A stretch of 63,284 bases of DNA, counting the filler, from Chiloscyllium plagiosum (lineage: Eukaryota), in the NCBI RefSeq assembly GCF_004010195.1. It is 3 parts of one record of this genome, joined end to end, with 100 filler letters (N's around TTAATTAATTAA, not from the genome) between each part and the next. Parts side by side here need not be neighbours in the genome. Positions count along the whole stretch, not along the records: positions 1 to 27,089 come from NC_057710.1; 2 more parts are not named here. The stretch is one strand, 5' to 3'. Under the pieces are notes generated by a model. The model worked only from the letters and a program-made list of their open reading frames with translations, was not told the origin of the DNA and did no database searches. A program made the translations under genes and the position numbers. Below are positions 1-12,511 of the stretch, one piece after another (the stretch's first letter is position 1; every line of letters starts with the position of its first letter).

Positions 1-61
1 TCTGGTTTCCAGCATCTGCAGTCATTGTTTTTACCTCGTTGATTTTAACCCTACTGTGAAT

Positions 62-462
62 CCTCTTGCAAGGATGCCTGCCTTGAAGAAGTTATCCTCT
101 TGCAAGGATGCCTGCCTTGAAGAAGTTATCCTCTTGCAAGGATGCCTGCCTTGAAGAAGTTATCCTCTTGCAAGGATGCCTGCCTTGAAGAAGTTATCCT
201 CTTGCAAGGATGCCTGCCTTGAAGAAGTTATCCTCTTGCAAGGATGCCTGCCTTGAAGAAGTTATCCTCTTGCAAGGATGCCTGCCTTGAAGAAGTTATC
301 CTCTTGCAAGGATGCCTGCCTTGAAGAAGTTATCCTCTTGCAAGGATGCCTGCCTTGAAGAAGTTATCCTCTTGCAAGGATGCCTGCCTTGAAGAAGTTA
401 TCCTCTTGCAAGGATGCCTGCCTTGAAGAAGTTATCCTCTTGCAAGGATGCCTGCCTTGAAG
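62..462. repeat. Perfect 34-bp tandem repeat, ~11.8 copies (CCTCTTGCAAGGATGCCTGCCTTGAAGAAGTTAT)
   Basis: Units start at 62, 96, 130 ... 436; no spacers. Confidence 0.97.
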
Positions 463-598
463 GTTTTCCTCCTCTCTCTACAAGAATCTCAGGGAGTCTC
501 TCTCTCACTGCAACTCCCAGGTCATTTCTCTATGCCACTCTCTCCCCACCCCCACCCTCCTCTAGCTTATCTCTCCACGCTTCAGTCTCTCTGCCTTT

Positions 599-634
599 AT
601 TCCTGATGAAGGGCTTTTGCCCGAAACGTCGATT
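599..634 (+). ncRNA. Minimal type I hammerhead ribozyme motif (family A), intact core
   Basis: CTGATGA-A-GGGC-TTTT-GCCC-GAAA-CG-TC; palindromic ACGT stem III; GUC cleavage triplet. Confidence 0.8.
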
Positions 635-989
635 TTGCCTGTCCTCGGATGCTGCCTGAATTGCTGTGCTCTTCCAGCACCACTGATCCAGAATCTGGTT
701 TCCAGCATCTGCAGTCATTGTTTTTACCTCAATTTATTAGGGGATGTCAACTTCCCCAGCATCAATTAGGACAGGCATAGTGTAAAGGGTCGAGAGGGAA
801 TAGATTTCTTGAAATATATTTACAAGTGCTCTTTGTGTCAACATGTGGAGGGTGCAACAAGGGATTGCCATGATGGTCTGTGGGGAATAGGGTAAAGGCT
901 AGAGGATACAAAGTCAAGGCTGCTACTTTATTGTAGTGTTGATGAAATGCTATATTCTTGCCAGTGTCACCTTTCGGATTAGACATTAA

Positions 990-1260
990 ATTCAAATCCC
1001 ATCTGTCTGCACAGGTGAACGTAAAGTTTCAAACAGGGTAGGAGAGTTATTCGCTACTGGCTTAACTAATATTTATTCCTCAAGCAACATCACAAGAGAT
1101 AGAATGACTAGCATTATCAGTTTTTGGTGGGACTTTGCAATTGCGAAATGGTTGTATTTTCTACATTTTACATTGACTACACCTCTAAAGCATTTATTAG
1201 CTGTACAATAATTTAAATGCCTGTGATCTTAGAAGGTGCTTTTTAAATGCAAGTCTTTCT
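990..1260 (+). mobile_element. Decayed Deu-domain SINE (SacSINE1/AmnSINE-like), 3' part
   Basis: CCCATCTGTCTGCACAGGTGAACGTAAA...AATATTTATTCCTCAAGCAACATCAC...TAAATGCAAGTCTTTCT resembles the Deu domain and L2-type tail. Confidence 0.6.
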
Positions 1261-2599
1261 TATATTGTGCAAAATGAATTTCTTAATTAACAACAATCTG
1301 TTAGTTATACAATAATTATAAATGAGACAAGCATTTTATTCAATATTTATTAATTAATTAACTGCAATAGCTTCAGATACCATGTGAGAGTTGAACTCTT
1401 TGTCAACTGGCGCATCACTCTAGCCTTTGAGACCTACCAATCCAGTAACATCATAGCTATGCTATCAGATCTTCTGTTATTCGATTTATGTACCTTCACC
1501 CGAACAACGCTCTACGTTTCTCTGAGACTTGTAAGTAGTTATGGCATTCTTTATTTAACATTGGTAATGCAACTGCAAAAAGGTAAATACATATTGATTG
1601 CTGAAGGAAGAAAAAGTAGATACATTAAGCCTCCATGATCTTTGCAGTAATTAAGGAAAGTGTCCAGGCAAATACTATTAGTCAGTATCAATTTCGCTGT
1701 TCAATGCATAATTTAATACTTGATATCAAGAAAATAAAATAATGTTTTATTTAATATACGACATTTTCATTTTGTGATGAAGAAATAAATGACATCCTTT
1801 GCAAAGCGACACCTTTGCAGAAGAAAAGGACATTGATTCTATTTCAGACAAAAACTCCACTTGTAAATGTGAAAATCAACAGCCACTCTTCCATAGCCTT
1901 CCTGACTAAATAAATTATAACCTTTTCTGCAGAAATAATGAGACAGCTCAAAATGAAAAAAAAAACAAAGGCAATTACATTTAATCATAAACACTTTGTC
2001 CACTATTGTTAACAAAAAACAGCATGGTTGAAAACAGGTGTCTCTACTGGATGACAGATTAATTGATAAGAAAAGGGTTCATAAACTAGATCTGTGATAG
2101 GAAATAATTTAACACAAGATGAGAATGATGCAAGTTAAGTATACTGTGAGCAGGAGCAGAGAACTATAAAGAAGGTGTTTGGAAGATTAAAAAGATGCAA
2201 TTAGAGCTAAAATTATGTTGAAAATATGAATGAAATATAGCTTTGTTTGCTAACAACCAAGAGCAGCAAAATATTTGCAATAAATTGAAATAAACAATGA
2301 TAACATCATAATAAAGCATTAGAGATGAAAAAAATAGAAATAAAATATAAGAAAAAATGGTTAAAGAAAATTTTAAGAATAAATTAAAATTGGCTTTGTA
2401 TTGTGCATTTTAAAAAAATGGAGGCGAGCATGCACAATCAAAATTTATCTTCAGATGTTTGGTGTCAACAGATTAATAAAATAAACATAGATAGAAATTC
2501 AAAAGAAAACAAAGAGAAATCCAAATATAAGAGAAAAGTAAGTCGGTTTTGAAATATAAATAATTGAATCGAGGGAAGTAGCAAAGGGAATTCTATAGT

Positions 2600-2890
2600 T
2601 TAGCATACAAACCTACTCATTTGGAGCATCAGTTAGTCATTTGGCCCCTCAAAGTGACTCCACCAGACGTGAAGAACATGGCAGAGCTGACTGTGGCCTC
2701 AGCTCCCAACCTCCATAAACCTCTTATTCCATATTAGTCAAGCATCTTATTGACCTTTGTTTTAAAAATGTACAATGAATCTGCCTCCATTTCTCTCTGA
2801 GAATGAGAGTTACAAAGACTTAGAATCCTCTCTGAGAGAAAAGAAATCTCCTTAAATTAAATTGAAACCCTTTCATTAAAACTGTGAACT
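2600..2890 (-). mobile_element. Old CR1 LINE 3' end fragment
   Basis: Diverged relative of the CR1 tails at 5136-5695 and 56590-57100. Confidence 0.45.
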
Positions 2891-2897
2891 GTGTTTG

Positions 2898-3120
2898 TGA
2901 AATAACTCGAGAGAGGCTGGTATCCTATCACCAATTCACCCTTTATTTACATGTGGAAAGTGGTTGGCTTTGCCACGACCTTGTCAGAGCCAACAACCAG
3001 TGTGTCAGAATCTCTGACACTCTGTCAGCCAGGGCTCCCTGATTGGACTAGAGTAACTGTCCCAATCAGGGAACTCATATCTATAACGTCCAACTGGCTG
3101 ACCTCATTCTAATCACTACA
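2898..3120 (-). mobile_element. Solo LTR (Gypsy-like)
   Basis: Minus strand reads TGTAGTGA...TATTTCA (TG...CA), with AATAAA near the 3' end and an internal inverted CCAATCAGGG pair. Confidence 0.55.
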
Positions 3121-3429
3121 AATTGTACTTAGATGTAAAGCATTGATTGAAATATTCAACAAGGACTTAACTTCAATTTTGCTGCAATAAAAATGCCACA
3201 AAACAAAACACGATAAGTGCAACACTGGCAAATTTAGGTACATTATCCTTTCCTAATTGTCCTGGGAAAGTGGTAATGGACTGTTTTCTGAAACCCATAC
3301 AATTTGACAACTGCACTTCCAGGTTGATATTTCAAATGAAATTCTAGAATTTTGTAAATTGAACAATTAAGAAATGGCATAATTATACCAATAGTGTATA
3401 ACATACAGGGAAGTTTGTATGTCAAGGTA

Positions 3430-4760
3430 ATGACTGGAGCACTTTGTATTTGTATTCAGAGAGGAATGAGATAATATAAAGCTACATTAAAAAAGGAGAT
3501 AGAAGTTATGGACAGAATTCTAATAGATAGAGGAGGTGTGCTAAAAAGATTTGCAACATTGAAAGCTGGTTCGTTTCTGGTCCAGATGGAATACATTCAA
3601 AGTTGTTGAAAGAACCAAAGGTACAGAAGAGTTAGAGGACCCAAAGCAATAACCCTGTTTCTCTCTCCACAGAGACTGCCAGACTTACTGAGTTCCTTCA
3701 GCAATTTCTGCTTCTGTTTGTTTCACAGGCACAAATAGTTCAAGCATTGGAAAAAAACCTTTCAATTCTTGCAGGATACAGCAGTAGTTTGTTCAAGGAC
3801 TGGAAAAATGCTAATATTGCATCACTATTTATAAAAGGAGAGAAGCTTAAGAGAGGAATCAGCTGGCCTATCAGTCCAACGTTAGTAATTGGGAAGTGAT
3901 CAGAAACTATTATCAGGGGCAAAATAAATTTTCATTTGGGGAGCCATGAGAGAATCAAGCATTGATTTGTGAGTAATTATCCTTACTGGCTTGATTGATG
4001 AAGTTCCATGTTGCAGGACATGTTGTGCAGGACATGTTGTGTTGCTGGTCTTTTAGAAGACCTTCAAAAAAATGCAACACAGGAGAGTTATTAAAAAGAT
4101 GAAAGACCACAGAATTCCAGAAAAAATGTGGCATGGAAATAAAAATGGGTCAGGGACACAAAATGTGGTAGTGGCTACATGCCTTTCAGATTGGGAAATA
4201 ATTTGGAATGTTTTCTGCAAGGGTCAGTTTCAGGTGCTCCCGGCCTGCAGTTTTTATAAACAAGGGCAGCACGGTGGCACAGTGGTTAGCTTTGCTGCCT
4301 CACAGCGCCAGAGACCTGAGTTCAATTTCCGCCTCAGGCGACTGACTGGGTGGAGTTTGCACATTCTCCCCGTGTCTGCGTGGGTTTCCTCCAGGCGATC
4401 CAGTTTCCTCCCACAGTCCAAAAATGTGCAGGTCAGATGAATTGGCCAAGCTAAGTTGCCCATAGTGTTAGGTGAAGGGGTAAATGTAGGGGAATGGGTC
4501 AGGGTGGGTTGCGCTTCGGCGGGTCAGCATGGACTTGTTGGGCCAAAGGGCCAGTTTCCACACTGTTAGTAATCTAATCTAATCTAATCTCATTTAGATT
4601 CAAATATAGGGACAAGCATTGGTAAATGATATGAAACTTGGTAGAATTGTATGTTATAAAAAGGATAGCAATAAATTTCAAGATGTCACAGTCAGGATGA
4701 TGAGGATGAATATGGAAATACAGTATACTATAAATACTACATAAATATTACACTAGAGAT
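3430..4760 (+). mobile_element. Highly decayed CR1 ORF2 (RT region), interrupted by an HE1 SINE
   Basis: Residual DWKNANIASLFIKG motif (~3798); collinear with the more intact CR1 at 48440-50195. Confidence 0.6.
4263..4590 (+). mobile_element. HE1 SINE (V-SINE family), full length
   Basis: tRNA-like head GGTGGCACAGTGGTTAGC...GAGTTCAATT, V-domain GTGGAGTTTGCACATTCTCCCCGTGTCTGCGTGGGTTTCC, (AATCT)n tail. Confidence 0.9.
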
Positions 4761-5135
4761 ATACAACAAATGGTAAAAATTTGAAACATATAGAGGAGCA
4801 TAGCCAGCTTGTAGTTTAGCCCATATACTCATTTATCTCAGGTAAAGTTTGATTTAGTATAGTAACTTTCATAAACTTTATATAAAAGCTTTTAGAGGAT
4901 CAGATCCCACACATTTCAGAACCAAAGTACAACATGCCAAATTATAACAGAAACCTCAGCTCATTATTCTTTATAACATTACACTTACGACAGTTCTTCA
5001 AGCTCCTACTTGTCAACCAACAATATCAAGCATGTGGACCAATTCTGAAGAATACCAGAGAAGAATAACAAAACCTCATGTGGAAACTGGATGTGGGGAC
5101 ATCTTTAAAGTGAATTTAACTAAATAAGATTATCA

Positions 5136-5695
5136 GACCATAAGAGAGAGAAGCAGAAATTAGACCATTCAGCCCATCGAATCTGCTCCACCATTCAATC
5201 ATGGTTGAAAAGTTTCTCAACCCTACTCTCCCACTTTCTCCTCATAATCTTTGATCCCCCCCTTGATTCCTGAAGAAGGGCTCATGCCCGAAATGTCAAT
5301 TCTCCTGTTCCTTGGATGCTGCCTGACCTGCGCCTTTCCAGCAACACGTTTTCAGCTCTGATCTCCAGCATCTGCAGTCCTCACTTTCCCCCCCTTGATC
5401 TGCTTGATACTCAAGAACCTCTCTATCTCAGTCAGAAACATACTAATGGCCTGGCCTCCACAGACTTCTGTGGCAATGAAGTCCATAGATTCACCACTCT
5501 CTGGCTGATGAAGTATCTCTATTCTAAAAGGTCTTCCCTATATTCTAAGGCCATTCCCTCGGGTCCTAGTCTCTCCTACCATTGGAAACATCCTCCCAAC
5601 ATCTACTCTGTCCAGACATTCAGTATTCTGTATGTTTCAATAGATCCCCCCTCATCCTTCTGAACTCCATCAAATATAGACCCGTAGTCCTCAAA
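5136..5695 (-). mobile_element. CR1 LINE 3' end, containing a nested hammerhead-pLTR module
   Basis: Homologous to 56590-57100 and 27190-27480. Confidence 0.75.
5257..5399 (+). mobile_element. Solo hammerhead-pLTR module (family A) with CCCCCCTTGAT flanking duplication
   Basis: CTGAAGAAGGGCTCATGCCCGAAATGTC followed by the shared GATGCTGCCTGACC...CCAGCATCTGCAGTCCTCAC tail. Confidence 0.75.
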
Positions 5696-5904
5696 TTTAT
5701 CCCTGTCTTCAACAATATCCCCAAACGTCCTGGAACTGGGAAGTTCAGTACTTTCCAATAAGGCCCTTACTAGTGTTTAACATTGTAATCCCCCTGCACC
5801 AAGGCCAAGGTGAAAGGCTGAGAACTATTAATGTTTGTTTTGTTTACTGGTGCAGCCCTACCCTTTCATTCCCTTCAACCAGCCACTGAATGTAAAAAAA
5901 CAAC

Positions 5905-6010
5905 AAAGTTCTGAAGGAGGGTCACTGAACCTGAAAGGTTAACTCTGCTTTCTCTCCACAGATTCTGCCAGATCTCCTGAGTTTTTCCAGCAATTTCTAT
6001 TTTTGTTTAG
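5905..6010 (+). mobile_element. Older hammerhead-pLTR module (family C)
   Basis: CTGAAGGAGGGTCACTGAACCTGAAAGGTTAACTCT...CTCTCCACAGATTCTGCCAGA. Confidence 0.6.
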
Positions 6011-6284
6011 CATTTGAGTACTATTAAAATCACATTCTTAGAAGAAATTGCTGCTTAATTTCCTCGGGTTTTGGCATCTAGGGAAAGGCTCCTTAATAAT
6101 AAAAAAACAAAAGAGACAGAAAGAAACAATAATAGCCAGTGTGAGAGACATTTGCCCCATTTCCTTGTGAATTATTTTGAAAAGCTGTGTTCCATGGAAA
6201 CTGTACTGACTGCATAAGTAATGGTTGAAATCCCCTTAGGAAAATAAAACTGCAAATTGGTTGAAGGTTTTATCAACACTGCTC

Positions 6285-6600
6285 TCAAACAGCACTTGCT
6301 CAGCAATAACGTGCTCACTGACAATCAGTTTGGTTTCTGCCAGGGACACTCAGCTTTTGACCTCGTTACAGCCTTGGCCCCTCCAAGACAAAAGAGCTGA
6401 ATTCCAGAGGTAAGGTAAGAATGACAGTCCTTGAAATCAACACTGCATTCAACTGAGTGTGGCTTCCAGGAGCTCTAACAAAATTGGATGCAATGAGAAT
6501 CAGTGATAGCTTTCTGCTGGTTGGGGTCTTACCTGACACAAAGAAAAAGATTGTGGTTGTTGGAGTATGGGCATCTCAGCTCCAGGAGTTCCTCAGCATA
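6285..6600 (+). mobile_element. Decayed LINE RT fragment (CR1/L2 clade)
   Basis: Residual L(L)TDNQFGF.QGHS motif and a GVPQ-like end. Confidence 0.6.
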
Positions 6601-6934
6601 GATAGTTATTAATTAGCTTCTTCAGAGTTATTCATACACACCTCTGGAACAGATGGGACTTAAACCCAAACCTGTTGGCTCAAGGACACTATCGCAGCAC
6701 CACAAGGTTCCTTTACAACTCTATGACTCTAGTTTTCAATTCCATATTGATTAACTGCATTGAAATTGCATCAGCTACTGTCATAGAACTTGAACTCAAA
6801 GTCCATTCGCTCATCGACTTTGTCCTCACATTTTTGTTTAATTTCGGTCCAATAACACTTCAATTTCAAAATTTTAACCATTCATTTCAAATTCTCCTAT
6901 GAGTTTGTCTCTCTTTGCATGGAAATCTGGACAG

Positions 6935-7100
6935 ATTTCCATCTATCTATGATTGGTGCCGTGCCTTCAGCTCCCTGGGCCTGAAACTCTGAAATTCCCT
7001 CTCTAAGCCTTTATTTCTATGTCACACTGTTAAGATGTTCCTTAAAACCCTGAATGTCGATTATGCTTTTATCGCCATCCCAATATTCTCCTCATGGAAC
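6935..7100 (+). mobile_element. L2-type LINE 3' end remnant
   Basis: GCCGTGCCTTCAGCTCCCTGGGCCTGAAACTCTGAAATTCCCT (RAFS..GP.LWNSL-like). Confidence 0.5.
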
Positions 7101-7159
7101 TCATTTTTTAAATTAAAATTCCTGCCTCTGGCTGTTAACAACAGGACTTATAGAGAGAG

Positions 7160-7540
7160 GGCAGAGTACTAGTAATGTTACTGTGGTAGTAATCTACAGG
7201 GCCAGGCAAATTCACTGGGATGGAGATTAAACTCTTTAAACAGCAGCTGGAGGAAATTAAACTTAATTGATAAACGTGAAATATAAACTAGACTCAATAA
7301 TGGCAACTATGAAACTGTTATCGATAGTAAAATCCCATCTGGTTCACAAATGTTCTTTAAGCAATGAAATCTGCGGTCCTTACCCAGCCTAGTCTACTTC
7401 TGACTTCAGACCCACAGCAATGTGGTAGACCCTCCTATTCTCTGAAATGGCCTAGTAAGCCATTCAGTTCATAATCAGAGATAGACAAAGAAAAAATGGA
7501 CTTGCTAGCACTGCTCACATCTCATGAAAGAATAAAAACT
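7160..7540 (+). mobile_element. Old tRNA-derived SINE sharing a 3' tail with the LINE at 22050-22325/23240-24265
   Basis: ATCTGGTTCAC...GAAATCTGC...CAGACCCACAGCAATGTGG core; second copy at 27820-28265. Confidence 0.55.
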
Positions 7541-7555
7541 TTAAACGAGTTATAG

Positions 7556-7945
7556 AATCAGAGAGTCAAAGAGATGTACAGCACAGAAACAGACCCTTCG
7601 GTCCAACTTGTCCATGCCGACCAGATATTCCAACCCAATCTAGTCCCACCTGCCAGCACACGGTCCAATCCCTCCAAACCCTTCTTATTCCTATACCCAT
7701 CCAGATGCCTTTTAAATGCTGAAATTGTACCAGCCTCCACCACTTCCACTGGCAGCTCATTCCATACATGTACCATCCTCTGCATGAAAAAATTGTCCCT
7801 TAGGTCTCTTTTATATCTTTCCCCTCTCACCTTAACCCTATGTCCTCTAGTTCTGGACTCCCCCACCCCAGGGAAAAGACTTTCCTAGTTATCCTGTCCA
7901 TGCCCCTCATGATTTTATAAACCTCTATAAGGTCACCCCTCGGCC
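7556..7945 (-). mobile_element. HER1/CR1 LINE 3' end
   Basis: ORF ESRTRGH...FFMQRMVHVWNELP...FKRHLD; CTCTATGA-type tail. Confidence 0.9.
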
Positions 7946-10900
7946 CAAAAAATTTAGAATGAAAGGCTAACCTGACAGAGTTAAAATTCAAACAACACCA
8001 GGCTACAGTCCAACAGATCTACCTGGAAAGCACCAGCCCTCGGATTGTTATTAAGAGACCCTTGATACACTATGAGAAATAAAGCCGCATGGTACTATAG
8101 ATAATATGGGTGCAAGGATGAAGAGGTAACTGGGAGATGGAATCCAAAGGTGTCGGCAAATGCAAATTTTGGATGATTGGGGATATTTGGATAGTAGTGT
8201 GTCTTTTTTTTTCTTCTAATTTAGTTATTAATTCTCTAAGTCATCAGAACTAGAGAAATATCAAATGTGTTTCCAATATCAAACTAGTGCATTTCAATTG
8301 TATTAAAGGTTCAAATGGCAATGATACAGATGCAGTTCACTGCATGTAAATTATTTTATTAGGAAAAAGTAATCATAAAATAAAATATACCTTGAATACA
8401 TGTACCACTTAACAGGTGAAGGAATGAAGAGATGCAAGAATATTGGCATCATTAGGCAATAGGTTCAAAACCAAATGCACATTCATTATTTAGATCAAGT
8501 CAGTTTTGAAGGAGAACTGTATCATTGAAAATAATGGGTGAAATCCTGTTAAAGTACTGGGGTCTTGTCTTTTTCCCGGAAAATTGGTTAGAGATCTGCA
8601 CTCCCTCTTCCAGGAAAGGCACACCAATCAGGCAATGACCAGGCCACTAGTGTTCCATCCCCTACAATCAAGCAAATGCCCTAGGAGCATAGGCCCCGCA
8701 CAATGAGGGCAACTGGTCAATTTGAGGTCAACATTTGTTGCCTTCAGCTCTGCCACAGAGGAGGCTTAGATTTCCAATTGAAAAGTAACCCCTGAAGGCA
8801 AAGAATCACAGAGGACCTCAGCCAAATAAGTGATGTGGGAGAGGGAGATATTCCTTGGGTTATGGTCACAGAAAATAAGGGACAGTGGGGTCAGAAACAA
8901 CAGCATAAAGGTTGTGTTCAAGGTCATCCTCCTGGTTAATGTCCAGTCCCTCCATCAGTCACTGATTGCCACTGATTGAGGGAAACATCCCTTCATGCCT
9001 GTGAGCATTTGGTAGCTGACAGGTTGCCCACAGGAATGGGGACAGGTCCACTAGAGGCTGCATTAATGAACTAGCAGCAGGCTGAGACTGTTCATTGGCA
9101 TGTAATTGCCCAGCCAATTCTGTCAATTGGTGGCAGGACAGGAAGGTTGACCATGTGCCTTCCCGCCCAGATCTTAATTCAAGGGAGGCAGGAAATGCTG
9201 CAGAGTTTAGCTACACCATCTCCACGCCTCCAAAGTTATTACCTCCAAGAGCAACTGTTTCACCTAATGTCTTCTGGAAAAGCTCTCTCAGCCCATTCAG
9301 ATGGACAGTAACATCTTGCATTTATATAGTGCCTCTTTAAAGGAACATAATCAAAGATGCAATAACAAATCACATAAGGAGGTAATGAGGCAGATAGTCA
9401 ATCAAATGGGTTTTTAATAAGTATCTTCAAAAAGGAGAGAGAGAGCTGGAGAAATTTAGGAAGGAAATTTCACAGATTAGCATGCAGGTAACTGAAGTAA
9501 TAGCCAACAATGGTGGAGAAACTAAAATTGGAATTGCTCAAGGAAACAGAAAACCAAAGACCAATTAGCACAGTCCATGAGACTGTTAAGATCGACTCAT
9601 CAGCTGCTGTAAGAAGTCAGGTACCTTGTTCACATTTCAGAGTTTGGGAGCGCTCTAGAGTGGAGGTTTATCTCTCTGGATCCTGAATAAGGGATTCTCT
9701 TTGCCTAAGCAATGGCAGAACTGTTAGACCTTCATCCTTTGGAGTGGCCACAAACTCACATGCTCCTGAATCTGAGACTGTACTTCAAAAGCTGACAAAG
9801 TTCCTAAACTGTGGCAGATTCCAGTGATTTGTTTCCATTGGGATACCACCATCAAGCCTCCCGTGAATGCCTCAGCAGGCATATAACCTTCCCCTCTGCA
9901 GTACCAGAAGTTCTAGGTTAATCTGAAAGCACTCAAGATGTCATAGCATCAATAAGAAGTATCTCTGCAGATGCAGGCTTGTTGGAAGTCAAAAGGATGC
10001 CAGGTAAATTGGAATGGAGGACCTTGGTGATCATTCAAGGAATTCCAAGCCTCTACACCTCACTGCGCCATCTCCTCCGTACATAATGTCTCCACAGAGA
10101 CTAAGCTGCTGACATGCTGGAAGATGTAGAAGGTTTTAAATTAAAAGAGAGATTGTTTGCGAAGAAAATATCACTGCAGCACTCTGATCTACAGGGTGTC
10201 ATGTAGAATTAAGTGATGCAATGGCGTATTTTTAAAAACTGCTCAGGTACACTGACTCATAGTTATACTGTCAGATTCAGAAGAATCTGCTGTGACTAAG
10301 GCACTGGTAGGCAGAACGGTGGGAAGGATAGTGACTGGACTTCTACATTAACAGGAAGGATTGCTCACAGCTGCATTGCTCTGGCTGCAGGAGGGATAAA
10401 TGAGTGGTGTGTGGCTTGGGACCAAAGGAGTACAGCATCTGATTTACGACATTGGAGCATTCAATGCTATTCTGAGACAAAGGCATTGCTGAGTCAGTGT
10501 ACACAGTAAAGTGCTCACCCAAGTCAAAAAAAGAGAACTGATGCTGCACAAAGGTGTTTGAAAAACTTGGCTAAATATAGGACCATCTCCACCACCAAAT
10601 CATCAGCAATGGTGATATCTTCTTTCTGTATACTGTCATCAAATAACAATCCTAGATGGCCCTGATAGTTTGGATGACCATATGTGTATGAGTTGCCTTC
10701 ACCTGGAGAAACTCAAACTCCAGGCCTTGGAACTTGAGCAGCAGCTGGGCATGAGAACGTGGACAGACTCAGCTGTGGACTCCAAAGGAACACCTCTTTC
10801 TCCGAATGGAAGGGACGAAGTCGGTTTACGGATTCCAGCCTGCCAGGATATTAAAATAACTTTTAACAATGTAATCTGGTTTCCAAGCTGGGAAAGATTC

Positions 10901-11419
10901 AAGAGCTTCATGCAGGATGCAATTTCAATGCTGTCTCAGATAGGCTCACCTCCTAGTATCTTGTAGTCACGATGTTTTAGTAAACATGTCATCAATGTTG
11001 TCATGGGACTCACTTGAATTGAGGATCAGGCATGTGAGAGTCTTAAAATGTCCTTTCCTGTATATATTAAGAAATAGTAATTGTGTCCTATAGTCAAAAT
11101 GCTCTGATAAATGACATTTATGAAAGAATCCAAACTGTCTCCAGGTTCACAGATGCACAAAATAATCCTAGTGTGATTAATAACTGTGTTTTTCCTTAGA
11201 CTGAAACTGGTTTTGAGTACGTTAATTAAAATGTTGCATTTTTCCATTTCTTTCTCTATCCTGAGTGGGCAAGAATTGCAGTTGCAGTGTTATGCATGAT
11301 GTATTAAAGCACACAAACTGAGGCATTATCAAATTTGGAAACCGGTCTGAGACACCATAGTATCAAGTAAACTGTTGATGCCAACCTAGCCACTGAGAGG
11401 TGCAGACTGGGCCCAGCCT

Positions 11420-11760
11420 CGTGGTCTAAAGGCTTGAGTAGGGGTAGGGACCATTGCTCTCGGCGTACCTATGTACTGCAGTTGAGCAAGTATGTGAGGC
11501 TGAGAGACTTCAAACTGTACTCGCACTGTGGACTGTCTGCCAGACCTTGACCATCTGGCTGTCTAATTTCAGGGCTTGTCTCTGTCCACAGCATCAGCTA
11601 AGCTAAGAGTATTTTCAGGCTTCTGCTTCATTTGGCTTTGGCGAATGTTGTCACCATCAGTCAGGACAGTTGGGAAGATTTACCGAGGGAGGTATCTGCA
11701 ACCATTGCTAACTTCTGGTGAGATCGTACTGAGGATACAGAGATGGGAGACAGTGTCTTC
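11420..11760 (-). mobile_element. Possible decayed Vingi/Ingi-like LINE C-terminal fragment
   Basis: Minus strand reads GLADSPQCEY...LLNC, resembling the WGL.DSP.C.C...H....C knuckle. Confidence 0.3.
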
Positions 11761-11909
11761 ATACTGGTAAGCAGTCACCTTTATTAACTACTTCTTGATA
11801 TATATGTATGTGAAAGGACATTCTTTTAGATCTTCACAGATTTGATCCTCAACTCCAAATGTGTCCCATGTCAGCCCACAACATTAGTGATATATTCTAT
11901 TCACTACAT

Positions 11910-12150
11910 GACATGGAGATGCCACATCTGGAGTGGACAAAGTCAAAAGTCACACAACACCAAGTTACAATTTATTTAAAATCACAAGTTTTTGGAGCGC
12001 CTTTCCTTCATCAGGTGAAGAGTCAGTTCTGGTGAAGTCATTTAGACTCGAAACGTTAGCTCCACGGATGCTGCCTGACCCACTATGATCTCCAGCAATT
12101 TTTGTTTTCATTACAGATTCCAGCATCTGCAGTAATTTGGTCCTACTTTT
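11910..12150. mobile_element. Back-to-back hammerhead-pLTR modules: family B (minus, 11910-12020) and family C (plus, 12022-12150)
   Basis: Minus: CACCTGATGAAGGAAAGGCGCTCCAAAAACTTGTG. Plus: CTGGTGAAGTCATTTAGACTCGAAACGTTAG. Confidence 0.65.
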
Positions 12151-12511
12151 GTTTCTGTTGAACCTCAGATTGTAAACTTTATCTTTGTTCTTATGTGCAC
12201 TGTGGAATTCTTTACGAATATCACAACATTTGCACTGAGATTACATCATATGTTTTTTTTGTTAGAAATATAATCACCACAATTATTCTTCATTATTTTA
12301 TGTTCTTCCAGGAAATTATTATAAAAATATTGAAATAAATGCCCTCCTTCCTTCACTTACTAATGTTACTTTATGCCAAACATTTGTGCACTTTCTGACA
12401 CTTCACAGTGCCATAAGGTTTACAGTACAAAAATAGACTCATCGCGTCTGTCCTGGTTTCATTCTCTGCCAAGTAGCCATTGCAATGAAAGATTTCAGGA
12501 GAGAATTTCAT

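Larger units (their letters stand above)
1..730 (+). mobile_element. Penelope-like element fragment: pLTR tail (1-38), putative ORF start with tandem array, second pLTR (~530-730) with hammerhead motif
   Basis: TCTGGTTTCCAGCATCTGCAGTCATTGTTTTTACCTC occurs at 1-37 and again at 694-730. 530-725 is nearly identical to 26853-27050 (minus). A related module follows the GIY-YIG ORF at 44503-44677. Confidence 0.75.

Noticed and set aside
62..462. CRISPR-like 34-bp repeats
   Set aside because: Units are contiguous with no spacers, the context is eukaryotic, and there are no cas genes
4263..4335. tRNA gene
   Set aside because: tRNA-derived head of an HE1 SINE, followed by the V-domain and tail
9560..10970. 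Coding-like composition and short ORFs
   Set aside because: Multiple stops and no diagnostic motif; probably an old unclassified repeat
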